Assembly: GCA_000004695.1 (NCBI GenBank)
Contig: CM000153.2
Location: 2,656,001-2,720,000, forward strand
From: Dictyostelium discoideum
Lineage: Eukaryota
DNA: 64,000 bases
Reading direction: 5' to 3'
How positions within the stretch are numbered: the stretch's first letter is position 1; every line of letters begins with the position of its first letter. This document shows positions 46,058 through 59,311 of the stretch, one piece after another. The translations under genes and the position numbers were made by a program. The notes below the pieces were generated by a model, which saw only the letters and a list, made by a program, of their open reading frames with translations, had not been told where the DNA came from and ran no database searches.

Positions 46058-46424
46058 CAATTATGGTACCACATATTAATAGTTTTGAACAATTTTAATT
46101 TTTTTTGAAAAAAAAAAAAAAGTTGGAGAAATTGATAATTCAGTTGTTAAACAATTTGAATCAAAATGTAAAGGTGTTGAATCATCTATTATTCCATTCG
46201 TTCATGCTGGTCAAATTTCAGGTGTAGTTTTCAATTCATCAGGTGTTGGTAAACTTTTACCAAATGTTGAAGCTAAAATCGTCGATAGCAATGGTAAAGA
46301 GTTAGATTTCGATAATAAAGGTTCATTAATGACTAAAGGTTTCCATGTTGGTTCCAATCCAGCTCATTGGTTAAAAACTAACATCAAAGCTTCAATGTCA
46401 AAAGATGGTACCATTAAATTATAA
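44405..46424 (+). CDS. ANL-superfamily (acyl-CoA synthetase / 4-coumarate-CoA-ligase-like) N-terminal-domain protein with a degenerate P-loop; six exons 44405-44433, 44529-44697, 44834-45107, 45303-45614, 45789-45977, 46123-46424
   Basis: The spliced product is ~345 aa: MLSKSNNIRK|VFARGFTTYVQPGKF...YTLTYNDVL|QNTRGLAGGFIEHSIKDDQTIVSNSFGVDSTMTHIAASFAGLNYVSIPPTSTFSEIGTHLNNQKASSFVMADS...|IYNDEYHRD...ISATYPVADGKYVSFTQKSLLNTADAL...|NLACLSKGALIALI...|VGEIDNSVVKQF...GQISGVVFNSSGVGKLLPNVEAKIVDSNGKELDFDNKGSLMTKGFHVGSNPAHWLKTNIKASMSKDGTIKL*. It is collinear with adenylate-forming-enzyme motifs. The SSGTTGxPKG P-loop position reads YPVADGKYV. The ORF stops where the GWLHTGD / C-terminal subdomain would begin. 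All six junctions are canonical and phase-consistent. Confidence 0.6.
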
Positions 46425-46431
46425 ATCTTAA

Positions 46432-46479
<48 letters not shown>

Positions 46480-46977
46480 TTTTTAAAAAAAAACCAATAT
46501 ACATCTCTAAACAAAATTAAAAAAAAAAAAAAAGATAAAAAATAAAAAATGTTATAAATAAATTAAATCTTTTTTTTTTTTTTATTTAAATAATTTTTAT
46601 TAATCCCAAATAAAGGTTAAAATAAAAATAGAAAAAGATTTGGATATGCAATTACAGTTTTTTTTGGATATTTTAATAAAATTTGAAATTTTTAAATGAG
46701 TTGGAAATTGGTGTTTTTGGAGGAGGTTTATGGTTTTTGATAAGGTTTTGAGAATTAATTGAAAATGGAGGTGGGCTTTGAGATCTAATACAATTTGGTA
46801 TTGAGTTATAATTGTTTTTGAATATTGGGTATTGTTTTTTATAAAATTGGGTTTACCAAACCTTTTATTGTTGTTGTTGTTGTTGTTGTTGTTGGATTTT
46901 ATTTAATTATTTCTCACATTCCATTCTCTCTAATTTTCTTTTTAATTCTTCTATTTCATTTTTTTTTATTTTCACTT

Positions 46978-47894
46978 TTAATTGTTTCTTCTTTCTATCT
47001 TTAATATTTGTTTTTCTATATGTCTCACCCAATCAAGTTTTTCTCTTTTTGCTTTTTCAAGTTGTCTTTCTCTTTCTTCATTTTGTTCAATTGGCAGTGT
47101 TTCTATTTTCTTTCTTTCAATTTCTTGTTTTTGATTTTCATGTTTCAATTTTTCTCTTTCAATCATCTCTTTTTCAATTATTTTATTTTCTGATTCAATT
47201 ACATAGGTTTGTTCAGTTCTTTTTTCATTTGCTATTTTTTCCAGTTTTTCTTTTTCTCTTTCACTTTTATCTTTTCCATTTTGTTTAATTTGATATAGCT
47301 TTCTATTATTTTGGATTTCAATTTGTTTAATTTGATTTAAAAGTTTATCATTTTCTAATTTTTTAATTTCAATTTCATTTTCAAATTTTTTAAATGGTAA
47401 AAGTTCATCTTTTTCCATTTTTTGTTTTAAATATTCAATTTGCTTTTTTTCAATTTCCAATTGATTTTTGAGGATTTGGTTTGTTAATTTTTCATTTTCA
47501 CAATCTTGTATTAATTTATTTATTTTATCTAAATAATGGTGTTTTATTTCTTTAATTTCTTTTTTATTTCTTATCTTTTCATTTTTCAATTGACTTTGAA
47601 TTTCTATTTCTTTTGAGTCATGATAATTTTCATTATCACTTACATAGAAACTAAATCTTGATTGATTTTTTGCTGACGGATGAAATAAGGACCCATCTGA
47701 TCTTTTTAAATTAATATTACACCCTCCGTTGTAAGAAACAAATTCAAATTTTTCTCTAGTTTTATTATCATAAACTATTTGTGGTCTAATAAATTATTAT
47801 AAATTAATAAAAATATATTTACTGTTAAATTTTTTTTTTTTTTTTCTTACATTTCATTATTTCTTGATGAACTATCAAAATTTATTTTTCTCAT
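46978..47894 (-). CDS. K/E-rich coiled-coil protein (~283 aa); exons 47894-47851, 47785-46978
   Basis: Exon 1 is ATGAGAAAAATAAATTTTGATAGTTCATCAAGAAATAATGAAAT|gtaaga, which is MRKINFDSSSRNNE(I). The acceptor tttattag|ACCACAAATAG continues PQIVYDNKTREKFEFVSYNGGCNINLKRSDGSLFHPSAKNQSRFSFYVSDNENYHDSKEIEIQSQLKNEKIRNKKEIKEI...(heptad-like EK-rich)...ERRNN*. The listed ORF at 46978..47589 starts at a TTG and is internal to this exon. Confidence 0.5.
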
Positions 47895-47915
47895 TTTAAA
47901 ATTTTGAATAATAAT

Positions 47916-47975
<60 letters not shown>

Positions 47976-48114
47976 GTAATAATAATAATAATAAAAATAA
48001 TTTTATAAAATAATATTTAATAAAAAAAAAAAAAATAAAAAAAAAAAATAAAAAAAGGAATAAAAAAATAAAAAAACAATAATAAAAATAATAATAACAT
48101 AATAATGTATTTTT

Positions 48115-48147
48115 GATTGTGGGTGTGGGTTGTGAGTTGTGGGTGGT
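48115..48147. promoter_or_regulatory. G-box / CA-rich-element-like motif (gattgtgggtgtgggttgtgagttgtgggtgg) ~220 bp upstream of the coiled-coil gene ATG
   Basis: A G/T-rich 33-mer isolated in >85% A+T sequence. On the gene strand it reads ccacccacaactcacaacccacacccacaatc. Confidence 0.3.
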
Positions 48148-48244
48148 AATTAGAAAATGAATTTCACAAATTTTTTTTATTTATTTTTAGCCCCACCAAC
48201 TAGTTGGTGGTTAATTATAATTATAATGTTTTTTTTTATACAAA

Positions 48245-50791
48245 TTAACTATTTGGTTTATAAAGTTTAAAATAATTTAATAAAAAAACATTATTTAAAG
48301 TGACAGATGAACTGTTTAAAAGGAAAGATTGATAATTTGTAATTTTTGGTAATGTTTTAAAGAATGGATTTTTGAAAAATTCTAAAACCAAATCAATATG
48401 ACCCATTTGCACAGAGGTGAAAAAAATGGTATTAGAAGTAACATCACGAGAATCATTTCTTTCTCTAAATAAATTATAAATCATTGTTTGGTAATTTGAT
48501 TGTAAATGTTTAAAAACATTTAGTTGACCATAAATACTAATAAATTTTAAAAGGTAAAAAGGTAAATGTCGACTCATTTTACCTTCATCAAATGATTTTA
48601 TAATTAAATCAGCAAACCACAAATTACCATATAAACCAATTTCTAAACTTGTGATTAAATAAAAATCATTGAAATCTTTTGATGAGCCTAAAAATTGGGG
48701 TAATGAAATATGATCAATTCCATTGGTTTGTTTTAATCTAAGATAATTGAAAAGAATATTATACTTTGGATTCATTATATTACATCTTCCACTTTCAATA
48801 TCAAAAGGTCTGTGATTGAAAATGTATGAGAAAATTCCAACAGAATCCCATTGATTATAATTATTATATAGATAGTTTACATTTGAAGGAGTACGCTCAA
48901 GTATATATTTAAAATCATTTAAATTAGTGAATTGATAACCATGAGTACTTGGAGTAAAATGCCAAATATTCATTGAATCATAATCGAAATCATCGATATT
49001 ATCATAGATGAATTTAATAACATCCATTGAAATTTCTGAATAATTTCCTTTATGAACCAAATCTTTAATACTAACATAGTAGATATTTGGTTGTAATAAT
49101 TTCAAATGTTTCAATAGTTCAGATTTACCATCTTGAATTAATGTATTAACCAATGAAAAATTTACATTATTACCTCTTGTACAAATTATTGAATAGATTG
49201 TTTTATTCTTAATAATTAAATCAATCATTTCAGTTGAATTTATAGATCTATAAATTCTACCAATGGAAAGTGGTTCATTTGTAAATTTAAATTCAATATT
49301 TGAATCTATTAGCAAAAGTTTAACCAATTCTAAATCATTTACAAATATTAAATTTAATAAAATTTGATTAATTGAATTTTCTATTAAACTTGTTGATTTT
49401 TGTAATTTTTTAACATCACTTATTAAATCTTTAATAAATTGAATTTGTTTTGATCTTTCATTTTTACAATAATAAAAAATTGGAAGTTTACCAAACATTT
49501 TTAAACCTTCATTTTTGATTTTATTAAAATCATAAACACCAAATAAACATGGATGAAATTTTGAACTTAAATCTAATTCTTCACCATAATAAGATTCATA
49601 TTTAATTTTATAAAATAAAAAACTATCATTAAAATATGATGATTTAAATTCTACAAATGGTAAAATAAATTGATAAAATCTTTTAACCAAAGAATTAATA
49701 TTATTATCATTTGATGAATTGAATTCAAGTACCAATGTATTTAATTGTTCTTTTGTAAATGATTTTGTTAATATATTAATTTCATCAAGTGAATTAAATA
49801 AATTAATTTTATCATTAAATAGTTCATTTATATCTTTTTCATATTTAATTATTTTTAATTTATTATCACTTTTAATTTTATCAGTTGAATGAAATTTATT
49901 ATATTTAAAAGATTTTTTAGAGATTGAATCTGTATATGGTTTTAAAAATTCTTTTAAATGAATAATTGATTTTACAGATTCAATTAATACTGATAAAGTT
50001 TGATCATAAACTAATATATCAAATAAATGATATGGTTTACATTGAAATTGAAATTTTTGTTTATAAATTGCTTCACTTAATGGTACATTTAAATTACATT
50101 GATTTAAAAGAAAATTTAATCTTTCATTTAACAAAAAACCATTTTTATTTAAAATATTGGTGTTATTATTATTTGATGAAAATAAAACCATACTCCAAAT
50201 TTTATATAACGATGCTGGCTTTTCAAGTGCTCCCGATCTCTTTAAAACTTGGAAAATAAATAAAGCACAATCATATGACCCAATTTCAATGGATCTATAA
50301 AGTGAATCCAATGAAAAACAATGATTATGACATGTAACTAATGCCTCCAAACATTGGACATTATCATATTCAATTGAAATATATTCACATTGAATTATAT
50401 TACCATTATCTATGAAATATTTTGAATAGTTTTTAAATAGGTGATAATAAAAGTTTGAAGAATTCCATTGAGCTTTAGTTGAAATTTGTTTATTAAAAAT
50501 TGAAAATTTATTCACTACAATCATTCGACCATTATCATATTGTCTTCTTAATTTATTTCTAAAAATTGTATCACTTGAGTTTGAAAAATCCAAATATTCT
50601 CCTCTTTGAATTTTATCTTTTAATAATTCATAATATTCAAATTGCACACACCATTCACATGATATAATATCTTCATATTTGTAAAATCCTAAAAATATAT
50701 CTCGATTTCTTAGAAATTTAAAAATATTTTGTTTTAAAAATATATTTCTAAAAATCTTAAAAAATAATTTATCATTTATATTATTTTCCAT
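48245..50791 (-). CDS. Lineage-specific hypothetical protein (848 aa), paralogue of the 3670-7221 gene
   Basis: Continuous ORF. The conserved N-terminal module is shared with the 1183-aa protein (see that entry). It lacks the long poly-N tracts of its paralogue. Confidence 0.7.
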   Translation of the reverse strand: MENNINDKLFFKIFRNIFLKQNIFKFLRNRDIFLGFYKYEDIISCEWCVQFEYYELLKDKIQRGEYLDFSNSSDTIFRNKLRRQYDNGRMIVVNKFSIFNKQISTKAQWNSSNFYYHLFKNYSKYFIDNGNIIQCEYISIEYDNVQCLEALVTCHNHCFSLDSLYRSIEIGSYDCALFIFQVLKRSGALEKPASLYKIWSMVLFSSNNNNTNILNKNGFLLNERLNFLLNQCNLNVPLSEAIYKQKFQFQCKPYHLFDILVYDQTLSVLIESVKSIIHLKEFLKPYTDSISKKSFKYNKFHSTDKIKSDNKLKIIKYEKDINELFNDKINLFNSLDEINILTKSFTKEQLNTLVLEFNSSNDNNINSLVKRFYQFILPFVEFKSSYFNDSFLFYKIKYESYYGEELDLSSKFHPCLFGVYDFNKIKNEGLKMFGKLPIFYYCKNERSKQIQFIKDLISDVKKLQKSTSLIENSINQILLNLIFVNDLELVKLLLIDSNIEFKFTNEPLSIGRIYRSINSTEMIDLIIKNKTIYSIICTRGNNVNFSLVNTLIQDGKSELLKHLKLLQPNIYYVSIKDLVHKGNYSEISMDVIKFIYDNIDDFDYDSMNIWHFTPSTHGYQFTNLNDFKYILERTPSNVNYLYNNYNQWDSVGIFSYIFNHRPFDIESGRCNIMNPKYNILFNYLRLKQTNGIDHISLPQFLGSSKDFNDFYLITSLEIGLYGNLWFADLIIKSFDEGKMSRHLPFYLLKFISIYGQLNVFKHLQSNYQTMIYNLFRERNDSRDVTSNTIFFTSVQMGHIDLVLEFFKNPFFKTLPKITNYQSFLLNSSSVTLNNVFLLNYFKLYKPNS

Positions 50792-51151
50792 TTTTTATTG
50801 TTTTGATTAAAAAAAATAAAAAAAAACCAAAAAAAATTAAAACAAAAAAAAAAAAAAGATATGTGAAAAAAAAAAAAAATATAAAAATAAAAAAAAAATC
50901 ATTTCAAAGAATAAAATATTTTGAAAAAAAAATTTAATAATTAAATTATTTGAATTAATACATATGCAATATCTTGTTTGTTTTTAGTTTTTTTTTTTTT
51001 TTCAAAGATTTATTTTATTTGTATAATTTATTTTATTTGTTGAATTTTTTTTTAAAAAAAAAGTTATGTATTTTTAAAATTATTTTTTTTTATTTTTTAT
51101 TTTATTTTTTTTTTTTTATTTTTTATTTTATTTTATTTTTTTAATATATAT

Positions 51152-52944
51152 CTATACAAAACCAAAACCTTCTGAAGCTTCACCAATTGCAATTTTTAAT
51201 AATTTTTTCAATTGTTCTTGAGATTCATATTCTGGTATATCCAATTGATTGAAACATGTGTGAGCGGTTGGTAATCTGTGAGCATTACCTCTGATTCTAT
51301 GAATTTGGAATTTTTGAGGGCCTCCCATACCACCTAAAGCTTTGAAACCTTCCAAAGGTACTTTACTTGTACCAGTGACAAATTGTAAGAGTGAAGCTTT
51401 TTCTTCATTTGAAAAGTTTGAAACAGTATTCCAGAACCAAAGGATTTGTTGAGAATCGGAAGAGTAACCACTATATTCAGTGTTTGCACGAAGATCATCG
51501 ATATCAATCTCTGGAAGACCACTGATCAATAATTCCAACTCCATTTCATTGAAAATACCAATCAATGATTTTGGAATGAGTTCGTGGAAACCTTCTAAGA
51601 AGCTATTGATTTGATCCTTGATTGAGTTTGTCATTCTAACGGAAGCAACCAAACGAACATATTCTAATTTATTATCTTCAGTGACAGGAATGTTTGCACC
51701 ATTTGGTTTCAATTCGATAACTTTCATGGAATCGAAAATATCGATCTCTGTACTAAATGTGAGTTCCATGACATTGGTGATATCATTATCAAGAATCCAT
51801 AAAAGATTCTTATGATAAGTTGGGTCAATTGCCTCCATATCGCTAACATTGATTGTGAGACCCAACATATGTTTATAGAAACTTCTAGTGAAGAAAGCAT
51901 CCAGCATCAAACCATCATACAATGCCTTACCAATGATTCTTCCAATGAATTTAAAGTAAGATAAATGATCTGGATTGATGTAAGATTCTGGATTTGGTTG
52001 GAAAGTTACATTATCAGAGGCAGATTGTTTAAAGAGAGCATAACCAGGATTAAACATCTCTCTTGATAAAACGAGATACCATTCACGTAATAAACCACCA
52101 GCATCAAGACCTTCTTCACCAGAGAATTGAATATTGAGTTTACCTTTGAGTTCTTCGGCTGGACGCATTCTAAGTTGATTGTAACTGTCCTCAAATATAT
52201 GATTTCTACGAACTTTTAGACGAATTGTACTTGATCTCTCTTTCTTTGATTGGAAGTAGTTTCTAAAGTAAGTTCTCTTATTATCAAAATCTAAGAATCT
52301 AGGAGTTTTAATTAATACTGCTAATGATTCCGATAACAATGAATTATCTTGACGAACGAGATCATTGATCAAATGTTTATTTTGTTCTACAAATTCAAAG
52401 AATCTACTTGTATTATAATCCATTATTGGTGGAGTTCCTGCCAAATTACCATTGCTAGTACTTGCAGACAAACCATTACCAACTGATGAACTAAGTTTTA
52501 ATCCTGCAAGACTTGGTGATGATGGAATCATAGTGGATGATAACATCTCAGAGGTTGGAGAATTTACAAGGAAATAAATTTCAACCAATGGTAATAATAA
52601 TGAATTCATTGGATTGGATCCTGCTTTCTTTTTGCTTGTAAGTTTAAGTTTGGTTATTGGTTCTTTTTCTTCCTTTTCTAAACTAAACAATGTAAGGAAT
52701 GATTTAATTGATCCCCAAAGTATATCTAATTCATGATTATTTGAAAAGTATTCTCCTAATGTCATTGATGGTTGTTCTTTCTTTGTGTTTGTTGTAGTTG
52801 TTGTAGTGGTGGTGGTTGGTGTAGTATTTGAAGTTGATGGTGTTGTAGTACTTGGTGTAGTTTCTGTAGTTGCACTTTCTGTTATAGGTGTAGTTGTAGA
52901 AGCTGCAGGTGAAGTGATTGAGTTAGCAGCTGTAGAAGATGGAG

Positions 52945-53019
<75 letters not shown>

Positions 53020-56000
53020 CAATAATTGGATCAGGTTTCTTTGGATTTAAAATTGATTGAATAGTTTGTAAAACTCTTAAGAAATTATTTTCTTTTGTTG
53101 AAGAAGGAAGATAGTTTTGAGGTGATACATCAGTATCATTAAAGATCTGTTTCATTGATTCCAAATTGTTAATTACATCTTTTGTTAATCTTTTAGCATT
53201 TGTATTTAATTGATCCAAGATGATTTGTCTATTTTCATCACAACTAACGGCAATGGTAACCAACAAACTACCAATCTTTGGATTACCAGCTAACAATGTA
53301 TTGATTAAACTTTCTACTTGTTGGCTTGGAATGAGTGGAATCTTTGGTTTTTCAGTGCTTGTAGAATCGACAATCAACAAGAGAATTGAGATCAATCTTT
53401 CAAGGAGTAAAGATTTTGAAAAGATGTTTTTATCATTCAATGCATCACATAATTTCCAAAGTGGACAGGCCTTTTCGAGGGATGGACTTGTTGAACCAGA
53501 TCCATCATCTTTCTCTTTTCCATGACTATTTTGTGATTGAGTGGAAGGTACGATTGGTTGAGGAGTTAACATCCAATTGACGGTTAAACTATTACCTGTG
53601 GTTAAACTTTGAAGAATATCCAATAATCTCTTAACGACCAATAATGGTGGATGATTTGTCACTTCGAATGATCTAAACATACGGAATCTCATTAATGGGT
53701 GACATGGATCAGTGATTGGTGAGAATTTATCAGATTCAGCGGTTTTTCTTTGGGGTTGTTGAGAAACAATTGATTGGTAACCGGTTAAAATTTGAAGGAT
53801 ATAACATAACAACTCTTCACGATTATCAGAAAATGTGCAAATTTGAACGAGAATACTATTTAATTGTTGTCTATTGATGGATTGATCAAAGTGTAGGATT
53901 TTAATGAGTGCTAATAAATTCTCTTTTTTAACCAAACTACCAGCTTGATTGACTTTCTTTGGTTTTGCAACCTCTTTGAGGATTCTACGTGGTGATGGAA
54001 TACGATTGAAACTATCAGGGATACTTGATCTAAACTCAAATCTTGGTGGATGTGTTTCACGTAATCTTACTGCTTCTGCGTGAAGTTCTGGTGGTAAGGT
54101 TTGAAGGAATGCTTCTGGTTGACTCATTAAAACCTCCTCTCTAAGATCTGGTGGAAGTGTTGCAAGGAAAGATGCATTATCCATATCTTGAACCAAATCT
54201 GTTGGATTGACTGATACTCTTGCTACATTTCTAGCTGCTTGTGATGCCCTACGTTCAGAGATAATTCTTTCTTGTTCTAAAACTTCGTTTTGAATCTCCA
54301 ATGGTAAAGCGCTTAAAAACTCTGGATTGATTGTAATTGGACCATCACCAGTGTTTGATTGGTGAATTGATGTCAATTGAGTTGACAATACCTCTGCTCT
54401 TAATTCTGCTGGTAATGCTGCTAAAAATGTTGGATCAATACCTAAATCAACATTAATTGGTGCTGGTGGAGCTTGGGTTGTTGGTGGATTAGTTGATGTG
54501 GTAGTAGTGGTGGTGGAGGAGGTGGTTGTTGAACTTGTAGTTGTTGAACTTGATGCTTCAGATTCAACTGTTGGTGATGTAGTTGTTGTTGTAGTTGCTG
54601 GTGGTGGGGTGGTTGTAGTTGTAGTAGTTGGTGGTAAATTTGTAGTTTCGGTGATTGATGAAGTTGATGTACCAGATTCTTCAAGTGGTGCATTTTCATT
54701 ATTATTAGTGGTAGTAGTTGACTCATTAGTTGACTCACTAGTTGATTCATTAGAAGTAGTAGTAGTAGTTGACTCATTAGTTGACTTATTAGTTGATTCA
54801 TTAGAAGTAGTAGTTGGTAGTGGTGTATTTACTTCTGTAGAACTTTGTTGAATTGGTGGACTTGTAACTAAAGGTTCAATAGTGAGTGGTTCGATTGGTA
54901 ATGGATCATTTACTGCTGCTGTAATTGTAGGAGAGTTTGTAACAGTCTTTGGAGTTGTTGGTGTAGAAGTAGTTGAAACATCATTTGTTGTTGGTGAAGT
55001 GGTAGTTGTTGCTGCTATTGAATCTGTTATTGAATCTATTTTTGTCTCTGTTGTAGTTATTTCAACTTTTTCAGCTCTTTCTTTTTCTTCCTTTTCTTTT
55101 TGTTGTCTCTTTAATTCTTTTAATTTTTCTTTTTCAGCTTTTTCTTTTGCTCTCAACTCTTCTTTTAATTTCTCTTTTTCAGCTTTTTCTTTTGCTTTTT
55201 GAGCTGCTTCTTCCTCTTTGGTGATTGTAGTTAAAATTTTAATGAGTATTAATTCAAATGATTGAGCATAGGCGACTGATTCATCAGTGTCATTCTTTAA
55301 ACGATTGAAATCAAAGGAGTAAAGATTTCCATCTCTACCAAGTCTCAATCTTGCATTGGAACGAAGATCGAAATTCATTATCATTTGTTCAAATCTTTCC
55401 AAGTTTCTTGTCAATTGACCTGGATCGGATCTAATAAGATCCTCGATACGACCTTCATTTTGACCAAGAGCAACGAGAATATTTGAAAGATTTCTTTCAA
55501 CATTTTCACCTATCCAATTTCTAAGATTTGCATCTGAACCACCTTGTGGCATAGCAAGACGACGATCTCCACCCAAGAAGGCTTGTTCCATCATTGGATT
55601 GAAATTTTGATGAGCACCACGGAAATGATTGATGAGGTGGTGTTGTTGTTGTTGATGGTGTTGTTGTTGTTGAGGGTGGTGATGATGATTTTGATGTTGA
55701 ATATGATTAATGTGATCGATTTGAGCGAATTGTCTTCCTCTTTGTAGATTATCTTCATTGTTACTATCATCATCCTCTTCATCATCATCGTCATCATCAT
55801 CGTCATCGTCATCATCATCATCGACATCATTTTGATCATCTTCAGAGGATGATGAACTTCCATCACTATCATTGGTATTTTCAACTTCCTCTTCTTCGTC
55901 ATCAGAATCTTGTTCATCATTGATGATTGCATCATCAATTTGACCATCCATACCATTTTCAATAACCATTTCAATGTCTTCACCATCTTCACCATCACTA

Positions 56001-59000
56001 TCGTCCTCATCGTCATCATCTTCATCATCGTCTTCGTCATCTTCATCCATTTCAATGACTTCATCTTCACTATCGGAACTGAAATCTAATCTACGAGAAC
56101 CAACACCAATTGAATTGGAGTGATGCATATCATTTTCAAATTCTGAATCGAATTCAATTGTTCCAGGTGGACCACCACCATTGAAAGAGGTGGCATTTGT
56201 TTGGAAATCTCTGGTGGCTCTAAAGAAACCATCATATGCTTGATATGGAAGTTGGAACATATTGGTTCTGGTGGAATCTTCCTCTGTGGTTGGTTTTGGA
56301 AGTGAAGAGAATTTTGTGAGGTGTCCAATAGTTTGTAATAATGAATTGATCATTTGTGATGCACGTGAACTACCAACGTCAACAAGATTTAATAACTCCA
56401 ATAAAATATTGATCATATCGTTATTGATCATAAGTTGATTGAATTCGCTTGAGAGTGAATGTGGTGGGAAATTCAATAATAATGAAACCAAATTACTAAT
56501 GGATACCATCTTATTGTATGGTATCTTTTTGTTGGCCACATTTTGTGATGAATATTCAGCGATTGATAATTTCAAATGTTCAGCGATCGCAGAGAAAACT
56601 TTTTCACGACCATCTTCGGTTGAACACAAAGAAACCAAGAATCTTGAAGCAGCTTGATGAGTTGCATTAAATAATTCACCACTTGCTTTCTCTTCAGCAG
56701 TCAATGAGGTACATGGTAAGAAATGTTCAAAAACGTATTGAACCAAATTAACACCTTGATAATTTAAAATGGTTTGTTGGAACAATGGGTATTGAATTAA
56801 TAATTCCTCTAACAACCTCAATATATTTGCTTTGCTCAAGATATTTGATGTTTTATCTTGAAGTTGTTGATCGGCTGCCAATGCTGCTGCTACACTTGTT
56901 ATACTTTTCAAAGATGAAGATTTTCTTAATTCTTTTGATAATTGTGCTGGTGTTGGTGTATTATTGGTGGTGTTGGTGTTGGTGTTGGTGTTGGTGTTGG
57001 TGTTGGTGTTGGTGTTGGTGTTGGTGTTGGTGTTGGTGTTGGTGTTGGTGTTGGTGTTGGTAGTAGTAGATATAGATGAAGTTGTTGAAATTGGTGTTTC
57101 ATCTTTAATTAATAATGATTTAATTAAAAAGTTTGAGAGTTGTTGGAAATGTGGAAAATCTTTTAATTCACAAGAACTAACATTCTTTTCAAAGATTTCA
57201 TTTGCTTGTGCAGACAAATAGACAGAGTTTGAATTGGTATGAATACGACAAATTTCTGAACAAGCCTTTAAAAAAGTGATTGGATTCTTTGAAACATCTT
57301 TAGAGAGTAAACCCAATAAAGTTTTAGTTGGAATACCTTTTGAAACACCCTTATTATTAATTGTATGACGAATATTTGATTGCATAGTGTTGTAAACGGT
57401 TTTATTATCATCCAAAAGCTGTTTGAAAATATTGATCACATAGATTGTATTCTCTTTTAACATTGAAGACTTGGTATTTTTGGCTTGTAAGAGAAGCATA
57501 CCTTGATTCTTCATAAAATAGTTTGCAATAGCATAGTTTTTAGTGAGTTCAGAGATTAATTTCAATAATGATCCATCGATTATACTTGGTGAAGGTTTCA
57601 ATAATCCTAAACAAATATCAATCAATGTAGTGTCTGTTGGTGAACATCTATCTTGTTCTTCCTCTTGTTGTTTTTGTAGTTTCTTTTCTTCTGCCTCAAA
57701 ATCAAAGTTATTGGTTGGTTTAATCAATTGTTTCTTTGAAAGGTCATATGTAATCGATAATAATCCATTCAAATAAATTAAAATTGATTCAGATGTTGTA
57801 GTTGGTGATTTAGGTCGTTTTGATGGTGTTGTTGAAGTTGATATTTTATCATCATTGGTGGATGTAGTAGTGGTGGTGGTGGTGGTAGTTGAAGAATCTA
57901 AAGGAGTAACAGAAATTTGAATTGAATCATCATTTCTAACCAAATGATCTTTTAATAAATTTGAAATGACTTTAATGACCAAAGCTAATAAACCTTTTTC
58001 AACAAATAAACCACTAATTTCTGGTGATTCATTTAATTTTTGAATTATAAAGAATAAACTTTTTGTTTTAAATGAAAAGAATTTAAGTTTTTCTTCGACC
58101 AAATGAGTTTGGACCTCTTGGATCAAACGATTTGCAATGATTTCTTTTGTTTCGCTAATGTTACCATCCTTTATAATAAAGTGAAACATTTTGAAAATAG
58201 AATCCAATTCATTTGAAGAATGACCTTTTACATTTAATAAAATGGAGAGAGTACGATCAAATAAGGTTGGACGTAAACCATTGAGTAGTGAAGTAATTGA
58301 ATTTTGTTTTTCTTTTTCTGCTTTTTCCTTTTCTAATCTCTCTTTTTCTGCCTTTTCTGCTTTTTCTGCTTTTTCTTTGGCTTTCTTTTCTTCATCCTCT
58401 GGAATGTATGGATTACTTAACATCCAATCGGTAATATTATCAACATTATTTGATTGTAATGATTGCATGGCAGTTTCAATATGTTCTCTAATAAAACCCA
58501 TATCCATGAGGGTATTTATAGAGTTTTCATTTGGAACAAAGGTTGGTCTAGAAGGTGGAGATTGAATAGATGATTTTTTAGATGGATCTTGTTGTTGTTG
58601 TGTTTGTTGTTGAGCAACACCATCATATTTGAGGAAAACATCATGTACACAATCTAATAAATTCTTGGCATAAGGAAGATCTGAAAGTTGAGGATGGTTC
58701 CAATAGTTTTGTAAATTGAATACCAAATTTGGAATAATCTTTTCAGAGATTGATTTCAATGATGGCAATGTTCCACCGTTCATACTCTTACTTGAGGTTA
58801 ATTGAAAAATGGCTTGACGTAAGAGTGAACCACATTGAGTTAAAGGTTGTGAATATTTGAAAGCATCTAAATTTCCATTGGGTATGCATTCAATATAACG
58901 ATCAGTTAAATCGGACAATATACCAAAGAATGTATCAAAATAACCAACATCATATAAACCATTGATTAATTGAGGGAACAATAATGTAGAATTATTTGTT

Positions 59001-59269
59001 AAAACCTTTGAAATGTAAACGTAATATTGTGTTTTGGCGCATGGATCTGATTCCTCTGGTTTCCATTGAATCCAACCAACTAAATTCTTTGAAATATTCT
59101 TTGTTAATAACTCTGTCTTTGTTTCATAATTTAAACCATCCCTTTTGTTTAATGAATTTATAGTTTCAAAAAAGTATCTTGATAAATCTTCTAAATTTGT
59201 TAATAAACTAGAATTTAAAAATAGATTTAAATCTAATGGTGGTTGAGTTACTGTTGTTGTAGTTGTTGC

Positions 59270-59311
<42 letters not shown>

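Noticed and set aside
52785-58565. Many 60-160-aa ORFs on both strands inside 51152-61852 (for example poly-Cys 52785..53060, poly-V/E 54498..54851, Met-rich 55591..56070, CW-repeat 56785..57063)
   Set aside because: They are alternative-frame products of the simple-sequence tracts inside the single large HECT-ligase exon.
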